Shown one piece after another: positions 1-12,649 of a stretch of 28,973 bases of DNA. Each line of letters starts with the position of its first letter. Position 1 is the first letter of the stretch. The stretch comes from Acetobacteraceae bacterium (lineage in GTDB: Bacteria; Pseudomonadota; Alphaproteobacteria; Acetobacterales; Acetobacteraceae): positions 1 to 28,973 of the forward strand of contig JAYTTA010000157.1 in NCBI GenBank assembly GCA_043745345.1, read 5' to 3'. Under the pieces are notes generated by a model. That model did not search any database, was not told where the DNA came from, and saw only the letters and a program-made list of their open reading frames with translations. The position numbers were made by a program, and so were the translations under genes.

Positions 1-542
1 GTTGGGATGATCGCCGGATTGAGAGCCGCAAGCGAGCCCAAAGCGCCGAGCGCCGCACCCACCCAGAAGCTGCCGTTGATGACGAGATCCGTGAAACCGC
101 GCCGCCGTGCCGGGATCAGTTCCTGGATCGTCGCGTTGACCGCGGCATACTCGCCGCCGATACCAGCGCCGGTCACGAACCGGAACAGCAAAAACGAAGT
201 GTAGTTCCAGGAGAAGCCGGTGGCGATGGTGGCCACCAGGTAAACCAGCACGGTAACGGTGAAAAGCTTCTTGCGACCCAACCGGTCGGTCAGCCAGCCG
301 AAGAACAACGCGCCCGCCACCGCGCCAACCAGGTAAGAGCTGGCGGCGTAGCCGATTTCCGAGTCCGACAGCTGAAGCGGGCTTTCCTTGATGGCGCCCG
401 ACAGCGACCCGACCAGAGTGACCTCAAGACCGTCCAGAATCCAGGTGATGCCGAGAGCTACCACCACCAACCAGTGAAATCTTGCCCAGGGCAGCCGATC
501 AAGGCGTGCCGGAATGTTGGTCTCGAAGGTGCTGGGTGGCAT
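1..542 (-). CDS. MFS transporter, N-terminal part (3' truncated by window edge; missing from ORF track)
   Basis: Manual translation from ATG at 542: MPPSTFETNIPARLDRLPWARFHWLVVVALGITWILDGLEVTLVGSLSG...GALFFGWLTDRLGRKKLF...FRFVTGAGIGGEYAAVNATIQELIPARRRG... It shows MFS motif A (GWLTDRLGRK), the TM4 GxGIGGE motif and hydrophobic helices, with no stop before the edge. There is an alternative in-frame ATG at 611. Confidence 0.92.
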   Translation of the reverse strand, partial: MPPSTFETNIPARLDRLPWARFHWLVVVALGITWILDGLEVTLVGSLSGAIKESPLQLSDSEIGYAASSYLVGAVAGALFFGWLTDRLGRKKLFTVTVLVYLVATIATGFSWNYTSFLLFRFVTGAGIGGEYAAVNATIQELIPARRRGFTDLVINGSFWVGAALGALGSLAALNPAIIP

Positions 543-648
543 CGGGTCGAAAGCCGCCTGGCAGTGCCTGGGTTCCGCAGGAGCAAGGTCGGGCCCTGCC
601 TCCGTGGGCATTCCAATTGCCGAAGGTAGCTGCCGGAACTTTTGCCCA

Positions 649-684
649 CTCCGCCCGAAGCCGCCAGGGGGAAGCGCCCCTGGC
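649..684. repeat. REP-like palindromic element, copy 1
   Basis: CTCCGCCC-gaag-CCGCCAGGGGGAAGCGCCCCTGGC, with an 8-bp stem GCCAGGGG/CCCCTGGC (663-670/677-684). It lies just past the LysR stop and resembles 5580-5613. Confidence 0.6.
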
Positions 685-687
685 CTT

Positions 688-1572
688 CTAATGCATCTCC
701 GCCAACCGGCTTAGCAAGAAGTCCCGAAACACCGCTACCCGCTTCGAATTCCGAAGTTCCTCTGGATAGACAAAATAGACATCGATCTTAGGCGGCTTCA
801 AATCCGGCATCAGCACGACCAGATCCTGATTTTCTGCCATGACGTAGTCTGGCAACGCACCAATGCCGAGGCCGGAACGGATCGCCAGGGTCATCGCCTG
901 GGTCGAGTTGACTTCCAGCAGCGCGCGCCGCGGATTGCCGGGACGTCTGCCAGCGTCGGCCAGCCAGTTCATGTCCGTGACCGGCGGATGGTAGCCGCCG
1001 AACAGGATTAGCTTGTGCGCGTCGAGCTCCTCCGGCCGGGTCGGCACGCCGTTCCTTTTGAGATAGTCGGGCGAAGCGCAGACCTGCCACAGGATCGTCA
1101 ACAGATGGCGCTGGACCAGGTCGGGCTGCTTTGGCGGATGCATCCGGATCGCCACGTCGGCCTCCCGCATCGCGAGATCGAGGTCGTTGTCGTCGAGCAG
1201 CAGCGACATCGTGATGTCGGGATAGGCTTCAAGGAAGCCTTGCAGCCGCGGCGCCAGCCAAGTCGAACCAAAGCCCATCGTGGTGGTGACCTTGAGCCGG
1301 CCGGCGGGCTTCTCCTTGCTTTCGGTCAGCAGCGCCTCGGTCATCGCAAGCTTCGCGAACACCTCGCGCACGGTGCGGTTTAGTGCCTCACCCTGCTCAG
1401 TAAGTATCAGCCCGCGGGCATGGCGGTGGAACAGCGGGACCTGCAACGTCTCCTCAAGCGCGGAGATCTGGCGCGAGACGGCGGACTGGCTCAGATTCAG
1501 CGTGTCGCCGGCATGCGTGAAGCTGCCCGCCTCCGCCACGGCGTGAAAGACGCGCAGCTTGTCCCAGTCCAT
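688..1572 (-). CDS. lsrB: LysR-family regulator, LsrB/VtlR-like (294 aa)
   Basis: N-terminal HTH MDWDKLRVFHAVAEAGSFTHAG..LNLSQSAVSRQISALE..LFHRHARGLILTEQGE and EKPAGRLKVTTT resemble Brucella VtlR and Sinorhizobium LsrB as recalled. It follows trxB and has an SD-like AAGGGGAAGG. The LysR family call is secure; the orthology call is less so. Confidence 0.85.
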   Translation of the reverse strand: MDWDKLRVFHAVAEAGSFTHAGDTLNLSQSAVSRQISALEETLQVPLFHRHARGLILTEQGEALNRTVREVFAKLAMTEALLTESKEKPAGRLKVTTTMGFGSTWLAPRLQGFLEAYPDITMSLLLDDNDLDLAMREADVAIRMHPPKQPDLVQRHLLTILWQVCASPDYLKRNGVPTRPEELDAHKLILFGGYHPPVTDMNWLADAGRRPGNPRRALLEVNSTQAMTLAIRSGLGIGALPDYVMAENQDLVVLMPDLKPPKIDVYFVYPEELRNSKRVAVFRDFLLSRLAEMH

Positions 1573-1575
1573 CGT

Positions 1576-1624
1576 TCAGCCTTCCCCTTGGCTGATTTTC
1601 CGGGCAGGCAGGAAAATCAAAGCC
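1576..1624 (-). promoter_or_regulatory. Overlapping inverted repeats in the LysR leader
   Basis: Perfect 9-bp IR TGATTTTCC(1593-1601)/GGAAAATCA(1611-1619), plus a perfect 6-bp IR TCAGCC(1576-1581)/GGCTGA(1590-1595) that encloses the SD-like purine run. The two share bases 1593-1595. Confidence 0.45.
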
Positions 1625-1728
1625 GTGCGCTCAGCAAATACGCGCCGGAAGCGATTCGGACACGCGCCTGACGCATAACAATAGCGGCATTTTCAGCAAG
1701 CTGGCCGAGAATCTCTCTCCGCCGCCAA

Positions 1729-2697
1729 CTATTCTGCGGCAAGGGCAGCATCGGCATGCTGCTCGGCCAGGAATTTCTCGGCCTCCAGCGCCGCCATGCA
1801 GCCGGTGCCGGCGGCAGTGACGGCCTGGCGGAATACCTTGTCCTGCACGTCGCCAGCTGCGAACACGCCGGGCACCGAGGTCGCAGTGCTGCCCGGGCGG
1901 GTCAGGATGTAGCCCTCCGCGTCCATCTCGACCTGGCCCATGAAGGCCGCAGTGGTGGGCGTGTGGCCGATCGCCACGAACATGCCGTCCACCGCTAGGT
2001 CCTGCATGGCGCCGGTGCGGACATGGCGCAGTCTCACTCCGGTGACCACCTCCGGCTTGCCGCCGCCGAGCACCTCCTCGACCGCATGATCCCAGATCAC
2101 GGAGATCTTCGGGTTGGCGAACAGCCGCGCCTGCAGGATCTTTTCCGCGCGAAAGCTGTCGCGGCGGTGAATTACGGTGACATGGTCGGCGAGATTGGTA
2201 AGGTACAAAGCTTCCTCGACTGCGGTGTTGCCGCCGCCGACCACCGCCACGCGCCTGCCGCGATAGAAGAAGCCGTCGCAGGTGGCGCAGGCTGACACAC
2301 CAGCACCGGACAGACGCTTTTCCGAGGGGAGACCCAACCAGCGGGCCTGCGCCCCGGTCGCGATGATGACGCTCTCAGCGACGTAAACATCGCCCGAGTC
2401 GACCGTGCAGCGGAACGGCCGCCGCGAGAAATCGACCTCGGTAACGATGTCATAGACGATCTCGGTGCCGACATGCTCGGCCTGCGTCGCCATCTGCTGC
2501 ATCAGCCATGGGCCCTGGATGACCTCGGCGAACCCTGGATAGTTCTCGACGTCGGTGGTGATTGTCAGCTGGCCGCCGGGCTGCAGACCGGCCAGCAGGA
2601 TCGGCTCGATGCTGGCGCGCGCGGCATAGATCGCGGCGGTATAGCCGGCCGGACCGGCCCCGATGATCAGTAGTCGGGTGAAACGGGGGTTGGGCAT
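1729..2697 (-). CDS. trxB: Thioredoxin reductase (322 aa; start corrected from 2886)
   Basis: LLIIGAGPAGYTAAIYAARA FAD motif, QPGGQLTITTDVENYPGF, redox CATC, VVGGGNTAVEEA NADPH motif and GVFAAGDV..QAVTAAGTGC. ATG at 2697 gives a family-typical N-terminus. Confidence 0.98.
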   Translation of the reverse strand: MPNPRFTRLLIIGAGPAGYTAAIYAARASIEPILLAGLQPGGQLTITTDVENYPGFAEVIQGPWLMQQMATQAEHVGTEIVYDIVTEVDFSRRPFRCTVDSGDVYVAESVIIATGAQARWLGLPSEKRLSGAGVSACATCDGFFYRGRRVAVVGGGNTAVEEALYLTNLADHVTVIHRRDSFRAEKILQARLFANPKISVIWDHAVEEVLGGGKPEVVTGVRLRHVRTGAMQDLAVDGMFVAIGHTPTTAAFMGQVEMDAEGYILTRPGSTATSVPGVFAAGDVQDKVFRQAVTAAGTGCMAALEAEKFLAEQHADAALAAE

Positions 2698-2726
2698 TGG
2701 GCGGAATCCATTCTGACGGTTGCCAG

Positions 2727-2756
2727 ATAATATCGACCGCGCCGGCAATGGGGCAA
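2727..2756 (-). promoter_or_regulatory. Candidate sigma70-type promoter for trxB
   Basis: Minus strand TTGCCC-N18-TATTAT, 30 nt upstream of the trxB ATG; consensus resemblance only. Confidence 0.4.
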
Positions 2757-2895
2757 GGTGAGCCGGAACAGGGGAAAATGTTTTGGTGAATTCCAACTTA
2801 CCAACCGGCTCTCGTGAAATAATCTTTCGCGGCGCGTCGATGTAGAGTAAGGCCACACAAAAATTAGGGCCTGGAACGCCGGGCAAAATTCAACG

Positions 2896-3384
2896 ATGAA
2901 GCTTCAGCCCACCGAGCCGCCACTGCTCGACAGCATTGACCGCCGCATTCTGGCCGAATTGCAGGCCGACGGCCGCATGACCAACGTCGAGCTGGCAGTC
3001 CGCGCCGGCATCTCGGCGCCACCTTGCCTGCGCCGCGTGCGACGGCTGGAGGAGGTGGGGATCATCCGCGGCTACCATGCCGACAGCGACCCGCAGAAGC
3101 TCGGCTGGGAAATCGTGTTCTTTGCCGTCGTCGGGCTGGAAAGCCAGAAGGAAGTGGCGCTGGCCGGCTTCGAGGCGCTGGTCGCCGAATGGCCAGAGGT
3201 GCGCGAATGCCACATGATCCGGGGCGGCGGCGACTTTTTACTCCGTCTGGTGGCGCGCGACACCGCGCATGAGAACCAGCTTACCCAGCGTCTGACCGGG
3301 GCCGCCAATGTCGGCCGGGTGCAGACGTTGCAGACCATTCGCACCAGCCGCAACCTGGCCGGAGTGCCGCTTCAAGCACTGTAG
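2896..3384 (+). CDS. Lrp/AsnC-family transcriptional regulator (162 aa)
   Basis: LDSIDRRILAELQADGRMTNVELA...ISAPPCLRRVRRLEEVGIIRGYHA HTH and a C-terminal RAM domain (PEVRECHMIRGGGDFLLRLVARD). Divergent from trxB. Confidence 0.95.
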   Translation: MKLQPTEPPLLDSIDRRILAELQADGRMTNVELAVRAGISAPPCLRRVRRLEEVGIIRGYHADSDPQKLGWEIVFFAVVGLESQKEVALAGFEALVAEWPEVRECHMIRGGGDFLLRLVARDTAHENQLTQRLTGAANVGRVQTLQTIRTSRNLAGVPLQAL

Positions 3385-4364
3385 CCGTTCGGATGCGCGT
3401 CGCGCCAAGCGAAGGCAGTACGGACGATGTCGTGCAGATGGCCGAACCGGGGAGTCCACCCGGTCTCAGCGCGGATACGCGCAGCCGAGGCGATCAGCAC
3501 CGGTGGATCGCCGGGCCGCCGCGCCGCCATCTGGTACGGCACCGGCCGTCCGGTGATCTCGCCCACGGTGCGAATCACGTCGAGCACCGAATGGCCGCTG
3601 TTGGAACCCAGATTATAGGTGACGCTGCGGTGATCCACCTGCTCGATCGCCAGCAGATGCGCCTCGGCCAGGTCGGACACATGGACATAGTCGCGGATGC
3701 AGGTGCCGTCCGCCGTGTCGTAGTCCCCGCCGAAAATAGATAAGGCGGGCGACCGGCCCAGCGCCGCGTCGATCGCCAAGGGGATAAGGTGGGTTTCGGG
3801 ATCGTGGTCCTCGCCCAGCCGGCCCTGTGGATCGGCGCCGGCGGCGTTGAAATAACGCAGGCTGGCGCTGCGCATCCCGTGTAGCCGGTCGGCCCAGTGC
3901 AGCGCGCGCTCCAGCATCCACTTGCTCTCGCCATAGGGTGATCCGGGCTGCACCGGATCATCCTCGGAAATCGGCAGCCGCTCCGGTAGGCCGAACAGAT
4001 TGGCGGTCGAGGACAGCACGAACCGCGGCACGCCATGGCGCACGCAGGCATCGATCAGCGCGATCCCGGCCGACGCGTTGCCGATCAGATAGCGCATCGG
4101 CTCCCGCATGCTCTCACCGACCAGCGACAGCGCCGCGAAGTGCAGCACCGCGTGCCACGGCCCATCGGCCAGGATCGCGTCGAGCGCGGCCATATCGGCG
4201 ATGTCGGCCTCAATCAGCCTAGTGCCGAGCAGGACCGCCTCGCGGTGGCCCTGCCGCAAATTGTCGATTACCACGACGTCGAAATCACGCTCGGCCAAGG
4301 CCAATGTGACATGGCTGCCGACGAAGCCGGCACCGCCGGTGACCAGAAAGCGCCGGCGGCTCAT
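3372..4364 (-). CDS. galE: UDP-glucose 4-epimerase (330 aa; start corrected from 4412)
   Basis: [13 protein letters not shown] Rossmann motif, [19 protein letters not shown], catalytic [20 protein letters not shown] and [10 protein letters not shown]. The ATG at 4364 overlaps the pgk stop (ATGA). Confidence 0.93.
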   Translation of the reverse strand: MSRRRFLVTGGAGFVGSHVTLALAERDFDVVVIDNLRQGHREAVLLGTRLIEADIADMAALDAILADGPWHAVLHFAALSLVGESMREPMRYLIGNASAGIALIDACVRHGVPRFVLSSTANLFGLPERLPISEDDPVQPGSPYGESKWMLERALHWADRLHGMRSASLRYFNAAGADPQGRLGEDHDPETHLIPLAIDAALGRSPALSIFGGDYDTADGTCIRDYVHVSDLAEAHLLAIEQVDHRSVTYNLGSNSGHSVLDVIRTVGEITGRPVPYQMAARRPGDPPVLIASAARIRAETGWTPRFGHLHDIVRTAFAWRDAHPNGYSA

Positions 4365-5554
4365 TTGATTTCCAGTGCCGCGACGCCCGGCAGGGTTTTG
4401 CCTTCGAGCCATTCAAGGAAGGCGCCGCCTGCCGAAGACACGTAGGTCAACTGGTCCATGACCCCGGCATGGCGCAACGCGGCAACGGTGTCGCCGCCGC
4501 CGCCGACGCTGCGCATCGTGCCGGCCGCGGTCGCCCGCGCCACTTCATGGGCAAGCGACACCGTTGCGGCATCGAACGGCGGCGTCTCAAACGCGCCGAC
4601 CGGCCCGTTCCAGACCAGCGTGCGAACCTCCGGCAGCCGCGCCGCAATCGTCGCCACGGTGTCCGGCCCGACATCGAGCATCATGCAATCGGCGGGGATG
4701 GCGGACACGGAAACGATCTCGGTCGGCGGATTGGGCCTGAACTCGCGCGCCACCACCGCGTCGGTCGGCAGCAGGATCTCGCAGCCCGCCGCCTTCGCCT
4801 GCTCCAGGATGCGCCGCGCGATGCCATGCATCTCGGCCTCCTGCAGCGATCGGCCGACATCCATTCCCATCGCCGCCAGGAAAGTATTGGCCATGGCGCC
4901 GCCGATCACCAGCATCTGCACCCGGCCGACCAAGTTGCCGAGCAGGTCCAGCTTGGTCGACACCTTGGCACCGCCGACGATCGCCATCACCGGACGCATT
5001 GGGGAGCCGAGTGCCGCATCCAACGCCTCCAATTCGGCCTGCATCAGCCTCCCTGCATAAGCGGGCAGCAGCTTTGCCACGCCTTCCGTGCTGGCATGGG
5101 CACGGTGCGCCGCGGAAAACGCGTCATTGACGAATATGTCGGAAAAACTCGCCAGCTCGGCGGCGAATGCTGGATCGTTGGCCTCCTCGCCGGTGTGGAA
5201 CCTGGTGTTCTCCAGCACCAGCACGTCGCCGTCCTGCATCGCAGCCACCGCCACCTGCGCCTCGGGACCAATGCAATCATTGGCGAACCCGACCGGCCGG
5301 CCCAGCACCTGGCGCAACGCCTCCGCCATCGGATGCAGCGACATCGCCGCGACGCGGCGGCCCCTGGGGCGGTCGAAATGGCTGCACACGATCACCCGTC
5401 CGCCGCCCTCGGAAAGTTCCCGGATCGTCGGCGACAGGCGTTCAATGCGGGTCAGGTCGGTGATGCGGCCGTCGCGCACAGGAACATTCAGGTCGGCGCG
5501 CAGCAGAATACACCGACCTTTCGCGTCCAGATCGTCCAGACTTCGAAAGCTCAT
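4361..5554 (-). CDS. pgk: Phosphoglycerate kinase (397 aa)
   Basis: [54 protein letters not shown] and [21 protein letters not shown] at 5561-5566. Confidence 0.99.
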   Translation of the reverse strand: MSFRSLDDLDAKGRCILLRADLNVPVRDGRITDLTRIERLSPTIRELSEGGGRVIVCSHFDRPRGRRVAAMSLHPMAEALRQVLGRPVGFANDCIGPEAQVAVAAMQDGDVLVLENTRFHTGEEANDPAFAAELASFSDIFVNDAFSAAHRAHASTEGVAKLLPAYAGRLMQAELEALDAALGSPMRPVMAIVGGAKVSTKLDLLGNLVGRVQMLVIGGAMANTFLAAMGMDVGRSLQEAEMHGIARRILEQAKAAGCEILLPTDAVVAREFRPNPPTEIVSVSAIPADCMMLDVGPDTVATIAARLPEVRTLVWNGPVGAFETPPFDAATVSLAHEVARATAAGTMRSVGGGGDTVAALRHAGVMDQLTYVSSAGGAFLEWLEGKTLPGVAALEIK

Positions 5555-5579
5555 TAGAAACCTCCTAGCAAGCAGTGGG

Positions 5580-5613
5580 CTCCGCCCTGCGCCCCGCCAG
5601 GGAAGCGCCCTGG
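5580..5613. repeat. REP-like palindromic element, copy 2
   Basis: CTCCGCCC-tgcgcc-CCGCCAGGGAAGCGCCCTGG, with stem CCAGGG/CCCTGG (5597-5602/5608-5613). It lies in the gap-pgk spacer in the same orientation as copy 1. Confidence 0.6.
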
Positions 5614-5623
5614 AGCGCGCCTG

Positions 5624-6637
5624 TTAGAGGCTGCCGAACAGCGCCGCGGTGTCGGACATACGGTTGGAGAAGCCCCACTCGTTGTCGTACCAACCCATCA
5701 CCCGCGCCAAGGCTCCGTCCACCACCGCGGTCTGGGTGGCGTCGAAGCTGCAGGACGCAGGATTATGGTTAAAGTCTATGCTGACCAGCGGCGCGGTGCT
5801 GTAGGCCAAAATACCCTTCAAGGCCCCCGTCGAGGCCTCCTTCATCACCGCGTTGATCTCGTCCTTGGTCGGTGTCCGGGCCAAGTTCACGTCCAGTGAA
5901 ACAAGCGAAACGTTCGGAATCGGGATGCGGATCGAGGTGCCGTCCAGCTTGCCGGCCAGCTCCGGCATCACCAGCCCGATCGCCTTGGCCGCCCCGGTCG
6001 AGGACGGGATGGCCGAAACCGCCGCGGCGCGGGCGCGGTGCAGGTCCTTGTGCAGCGTATCGACCGTGTTCTGGTCGCCGGTATAAGCGTGGATCGTCAC
6101 CATGTAGCCGCGCAGGATGCCGAAATTGTCGTGCAGCACCTTGGCCATCGGCGCCAGGCAGTTGGTGGTGCAGGATGCGTTCGACACCACGGTCATCGCG
6201 CCGGTCAGGCTCTTTTCATTGACGCCGTAGACGATGGTCGCATCGACGCCGTCACCCGGCGCCGAGATCAGCACTTTTCGCGCGCCGGCGGTGATGAGGT
6301 GTGACGCCGCTTCCTTCTTGGTAAAGATGCCGGTGCATTCCAGCGCCACATCGACGCCCTGATAGGGCACCTTGGCCGGATCGCGCTCGGCCGAAACGGT
6401 GATCGGGCCATAGACCCGGCCGTTATGGCGGATGGTGATGGTCTGGCCGGAAACTTCGACGTCGCCGGGGAAGCGGCCGTGCACGCTGTCATACTTGAAC
6501 AGATGCGCGTTGGCCTCGACGCTGCCGAGGTCGTTGATTGCGACCGGCTCCACGTCGGTGCGGCCGCTCTCGATGATGGCGCGCAGCACCAGACGCCCGA
6601 TGCGGCCGAATCCGTTGATCGCGACTTTTACCGGCAT
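5624..6637 (-). CDS. gap: Type I glyceraldehyde-3-phosphate dehydrogenase (337 aa)
   Basis: VAINGFGRIGR, LECTGIF, catalytic SNASCTTNCLAP, RARAAA and WYDNEWGFSNRM. Confidence 0.99.
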   Translation of the reverse strand: MPVKVAINGFGRIGRLVLRAIIESGRTDVEPVAINDLGSVEANAHLFKYDSVHGRFPGDVEVSGQTITIRHNGRVYGPITVSAERDPAKVPYQGVDVALECTGIFTKKEAASHLITAGARKVLISAPGDGVDATIVYGVNEKSLTGAMTVVSNASCTTNCLAPMAKVLHDNFGILRGYMVTIHAYTGDQNTVDTLHKDLHRARAAAVSAIPSSTGAAKAIGLVMPELAGKLDGTSIRIPIPNVSLVSLDVNLARTPTKDEINAVMKEASTGALKGILAYSTAPLVSIDFNHNPASCSFDATQTAVVDGALARVMGWYDNEWGFSNRMSDTAALFGSL

Positions 6638-6650
6638 GTTGAAATTTCCT

Positions 6651-8705
6651 TTAGCTGTCTTGGCTGGATGTCCCTAGCCGTTTGCGCACCGCAATGGCAA
6701 CGGCCTCGGCTGTAATGCCGAACTCGGTGTAAAGCTCCTCGAACGGGGCTGAGGCGCCGTAGCCGGTCATGCCGATGAACACGCCGTCGGGGCCAAGCCA
6801 CCGGTCCCAGCCGAAGCTCACCGCGGCCTCGATGCCGAAGCGGGGCACGCCGCCCAACACCTGGTCGCGATACGACGGCTCCTGCTGGTCGAACAGTTCC
6901 CAGCACGGCAGCGACACCACCGCGACCGAGACCCCGTCGGACGCCAGCAGCGCTCGCGCCTCCATGGCGATCGCGACTTCCGATCCGGTGGCGACCAAGG
7001 TTGCGGCCCGCGCACCCTCGGCCTCGGCCAGCACGTAGCCGCCGCGCGCCGAGCGGTTTTCGGCGGTGTCGGTGCGCATCGTCGGCAGCGCCTGCCGGGT
7101 CAGCACCAGCATGCTGGGGCCATCGGCGCGGCGGATCGCCAGCTCCCACGCCTCCGCAGTCTCCATGGCGTCAGCTGGGCGGAACACGTGCAGATGTGGC
7201 ATGGCGCGCAGGCTGGCCAGGTGCTCGACCGGCTGGTGGGTCGGACCATCCTCGCCCAGGCCGATGCTGTCATGCGTCATCACGTGGATGACGCGCTGGC
7301 GCATGATGGCGCCAAGGCGGATCGCCGGGCGCATGTAGTCGGTGAAGACAAAGAACGTCGCGTCGTACGGGATCAGCCCGCCATGCAGCGCCAGCCCGTT
7401 GGAGGCCGCCGCCATGCCGAACTCGCGGATGCCGTAATGGATGTAGCGGCCGGCATAGCTTCCCGGCGACACATAACCCATGCCCTTGACGAAGGTCAGG
7501 TTGGAGCCGGTGAGGTCGGCCGAGCCGCCGACCATCTCGGGCAGGGACGGCACCAGCGCGTCCAGCACCTTCTGGCTCGCCTGCCGGCTGGCGATCTTCG
7601 GTTTCTTCTCCGCGATGTCGGACCGCAAGGCGGCGACCGCCTCGTGGAAGCTTTCGGGCAGCTTGCCGGCCATCGCACGCTCGAAGTCGCTGCGCTGCGG
7701 ATGTCGCGCCAGGCGCTTCAGCCAGGAACGGCGCGCGCTGGCGCCGCGCGCGCCGACCGCCAGCCAGCGCTCGGCGATGCCGTCCGGCACGGTGAACGGC
7801 AGCTCGTTCCAGCCCAGCGCCAATTTCGCCGCCTGCGCTTCGGTGGCGCCAAGCGCCGAGCCGTGCACACCGTTGGTGCCGGCCTTGGTCGGTGCACCCA
7901 GTCCGATGATCGTCTTGCAAGCGATCAGGCTCGGCTTCTTCGATCGCAGCGAGGCCTGCAGCGCCGCGGCGACCTGAGCGAAATCGTGGCCATCGACGCG
8001 CTTGACCGCCCAGCCGGCGGCGGCGAACCGGCGCAGCTGGTCCTCCGATGTCGACAGCGACGTGGCGCCGTCGATCGACACGCTGTTGTCGTCCCACAGC
8101 ACAGTAAGCTTTTCGAGCTGGAGGTGACCGGCCAGCCCGATCGCCTCGTGGCTGATACCCTCCATCAGGCAGCCGTCGCCGGCGATCACCCAGGTGCGGT
8201 GATCAACCAGCGACTTGCCGAATCGCGCCGCCAGCATCCGCTCCGCCAGCGCCATGCCGACCGCCATGCCGAGACCCTGGCCGAGCGGGCCGGTGGTCGC
8301 CTCGATCGCCGGATGCTCGCCATGTTCGGGATGTCCGGCGGTCGCCGAATGAAGCTGCCGGAACCGCTTGATCTGCTCCATCTCCATGCCGGCATGGCCG
8401 GTCAGGTGCAGCAGCGCGTAGAGCAGCATCGAGCCGTGACCGGCTGACAGCACGAACCGGTCGCGGTCAGGCCAATGCGGATCGGCGGCATCGAATTTCA
8501 GCACGCGTGAGTAAAGCGCCGTCGCGGCGTCGGCCATGCCCATCGGCATGCCGGGATGGCCGGAATTGGATTTCTCGACCGCGTCGATCGCCAGTGCGCG
8601 GATAGCGTCGGCCATGCGCCGCTCCGGCGTGGACGGGCGCGCCAGAATCGCAGCTTGCACCGCCAAAGCGGGGTTATCGATCAGCAGCTCGGCAGTGCCG
8701 GCCAT
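6651..8705 (-). CDS. tkt: Transketolase (684 aa)
   Basis: SGHPGMPMG, DRDRFVLSAGHGSMLLY, TTGPLGQG, TPP motif GDGCLMEG, YGIREFGM and THDSIGLGEDGPTHQPVEH. SD AAGGAG at 8712-8717 supports the start. Confidence 0.99.
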   Translation of the reverse strand: MAGTAELLIDNPALAVQAAILARPSTPERRMADAIRALAIDAVEKSNSGHPGMPMGMADAATALYSRVLKFDAADPHWPDRDRFVLSAGHGSMLLYALLHLTGHAGMEMEQIKRFRQLHSATAGHPEHGEHPAIEATTGPLGQGLGMAVGMALAERMLAARFGKSLVDHRTWVIAGDGCLMEGISHEAIGLAGHLQLEKLTVLWDDNSVSIDGATSLSTSEDQLRRFAAAGWAVKRVDGHDFAQVAAALQASLRSKKPSLIACKTIIGLGAPTKAGTNGVHGSALGATEAQAAKLALGWNELPFTVPDGIAERWLAVGARGASARRSWLKRLARHPQRSDFERAMAGKLPESFHEAVAALRSDIAEKKPKIASRQASQKVLDALVPSLPEMVGGSADLTGSNLTFVKGMGYVSPGSYAGRYIHYGIREFGMAAASNGLALHGGLIPYDATFFVFTDYMRPAIRLGAIMRQRVIHVMTHDSIGLGEDGPTHQPVEHLASLRAMPHLHVFRPADAMETAEAWELAIRRADGPSMLVLTRQALPTMRTDTAENRSARGGYVLAEAEGARAATLVATGSEVAIAMEARALLASDGVSVAVVSLPCWELFDQQEPSYRDQVLGGVPRFGIEAAVSFGWDRWLGPDGVFIGMTGYGASAPFEELYTEFGITAEAVAIAVRKRLGTSSQDS

Positions 8706-8726
8706 CAGGCTCTCCTTGAGCGGCGG

Positions 8727-8755
8727 GTGTTAGGCGAAGGGAGGTTTGGCGGCAA
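8727..8755 (-). promoter_or_regulatory. Candidate promoter for tkt-gap-pgk-galE
   Basis: Minus strand TTGCCG-N17-TAACAC, preceded by GCC, resembling alphaproteobacterial housekeeping promoters. It is 21 nt upstream of the tkt ATG. Confidence 0.4.
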
Positions 8756-8799
8756 GAGCCCGTCCGTGCAAGACGGTGGGCGCGCCATTCGAGGTGGGC

Positions 8800-12557
<3,758 letters not shown>

Positions 12558-12588
12558 GCCGGCGGACCTTTTTTCGCGACTAGGGTAA

Positions 12589-12619
12589 TATCCGACCAAT
12601 CTGAACTTTTGGTCGGATA
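12589..12619. promoter_or_regulatory. Perfect 11-bp inverted repeat upstream of recN
   Basis: TATCCGACCAA(12589-12599)-N9-TTGGTCGGATA(12609-12619). Function unknown. Confidence 0.5.
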
Positions 12620-12649
12620 AAGTTGCTCGTTAAGGCAAGGAGCCAGGGA

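Noticed and set aside
7-714. Short ORF-track calls at the left edge
   Set aside because: They are explained as alternative frames of the MFS transporter on the minus strand.
1712-1722. TCTCTCTCCGC shared with 14809-14819, both downstream of stops
   Set aside because: It is an 11-nt low-complexity match with no shared flanking structure.
12600-12620. LexA box upstream of recN
   Set aside because: There is a single GAAC (12603-12606) with no partner at N7 spacing.
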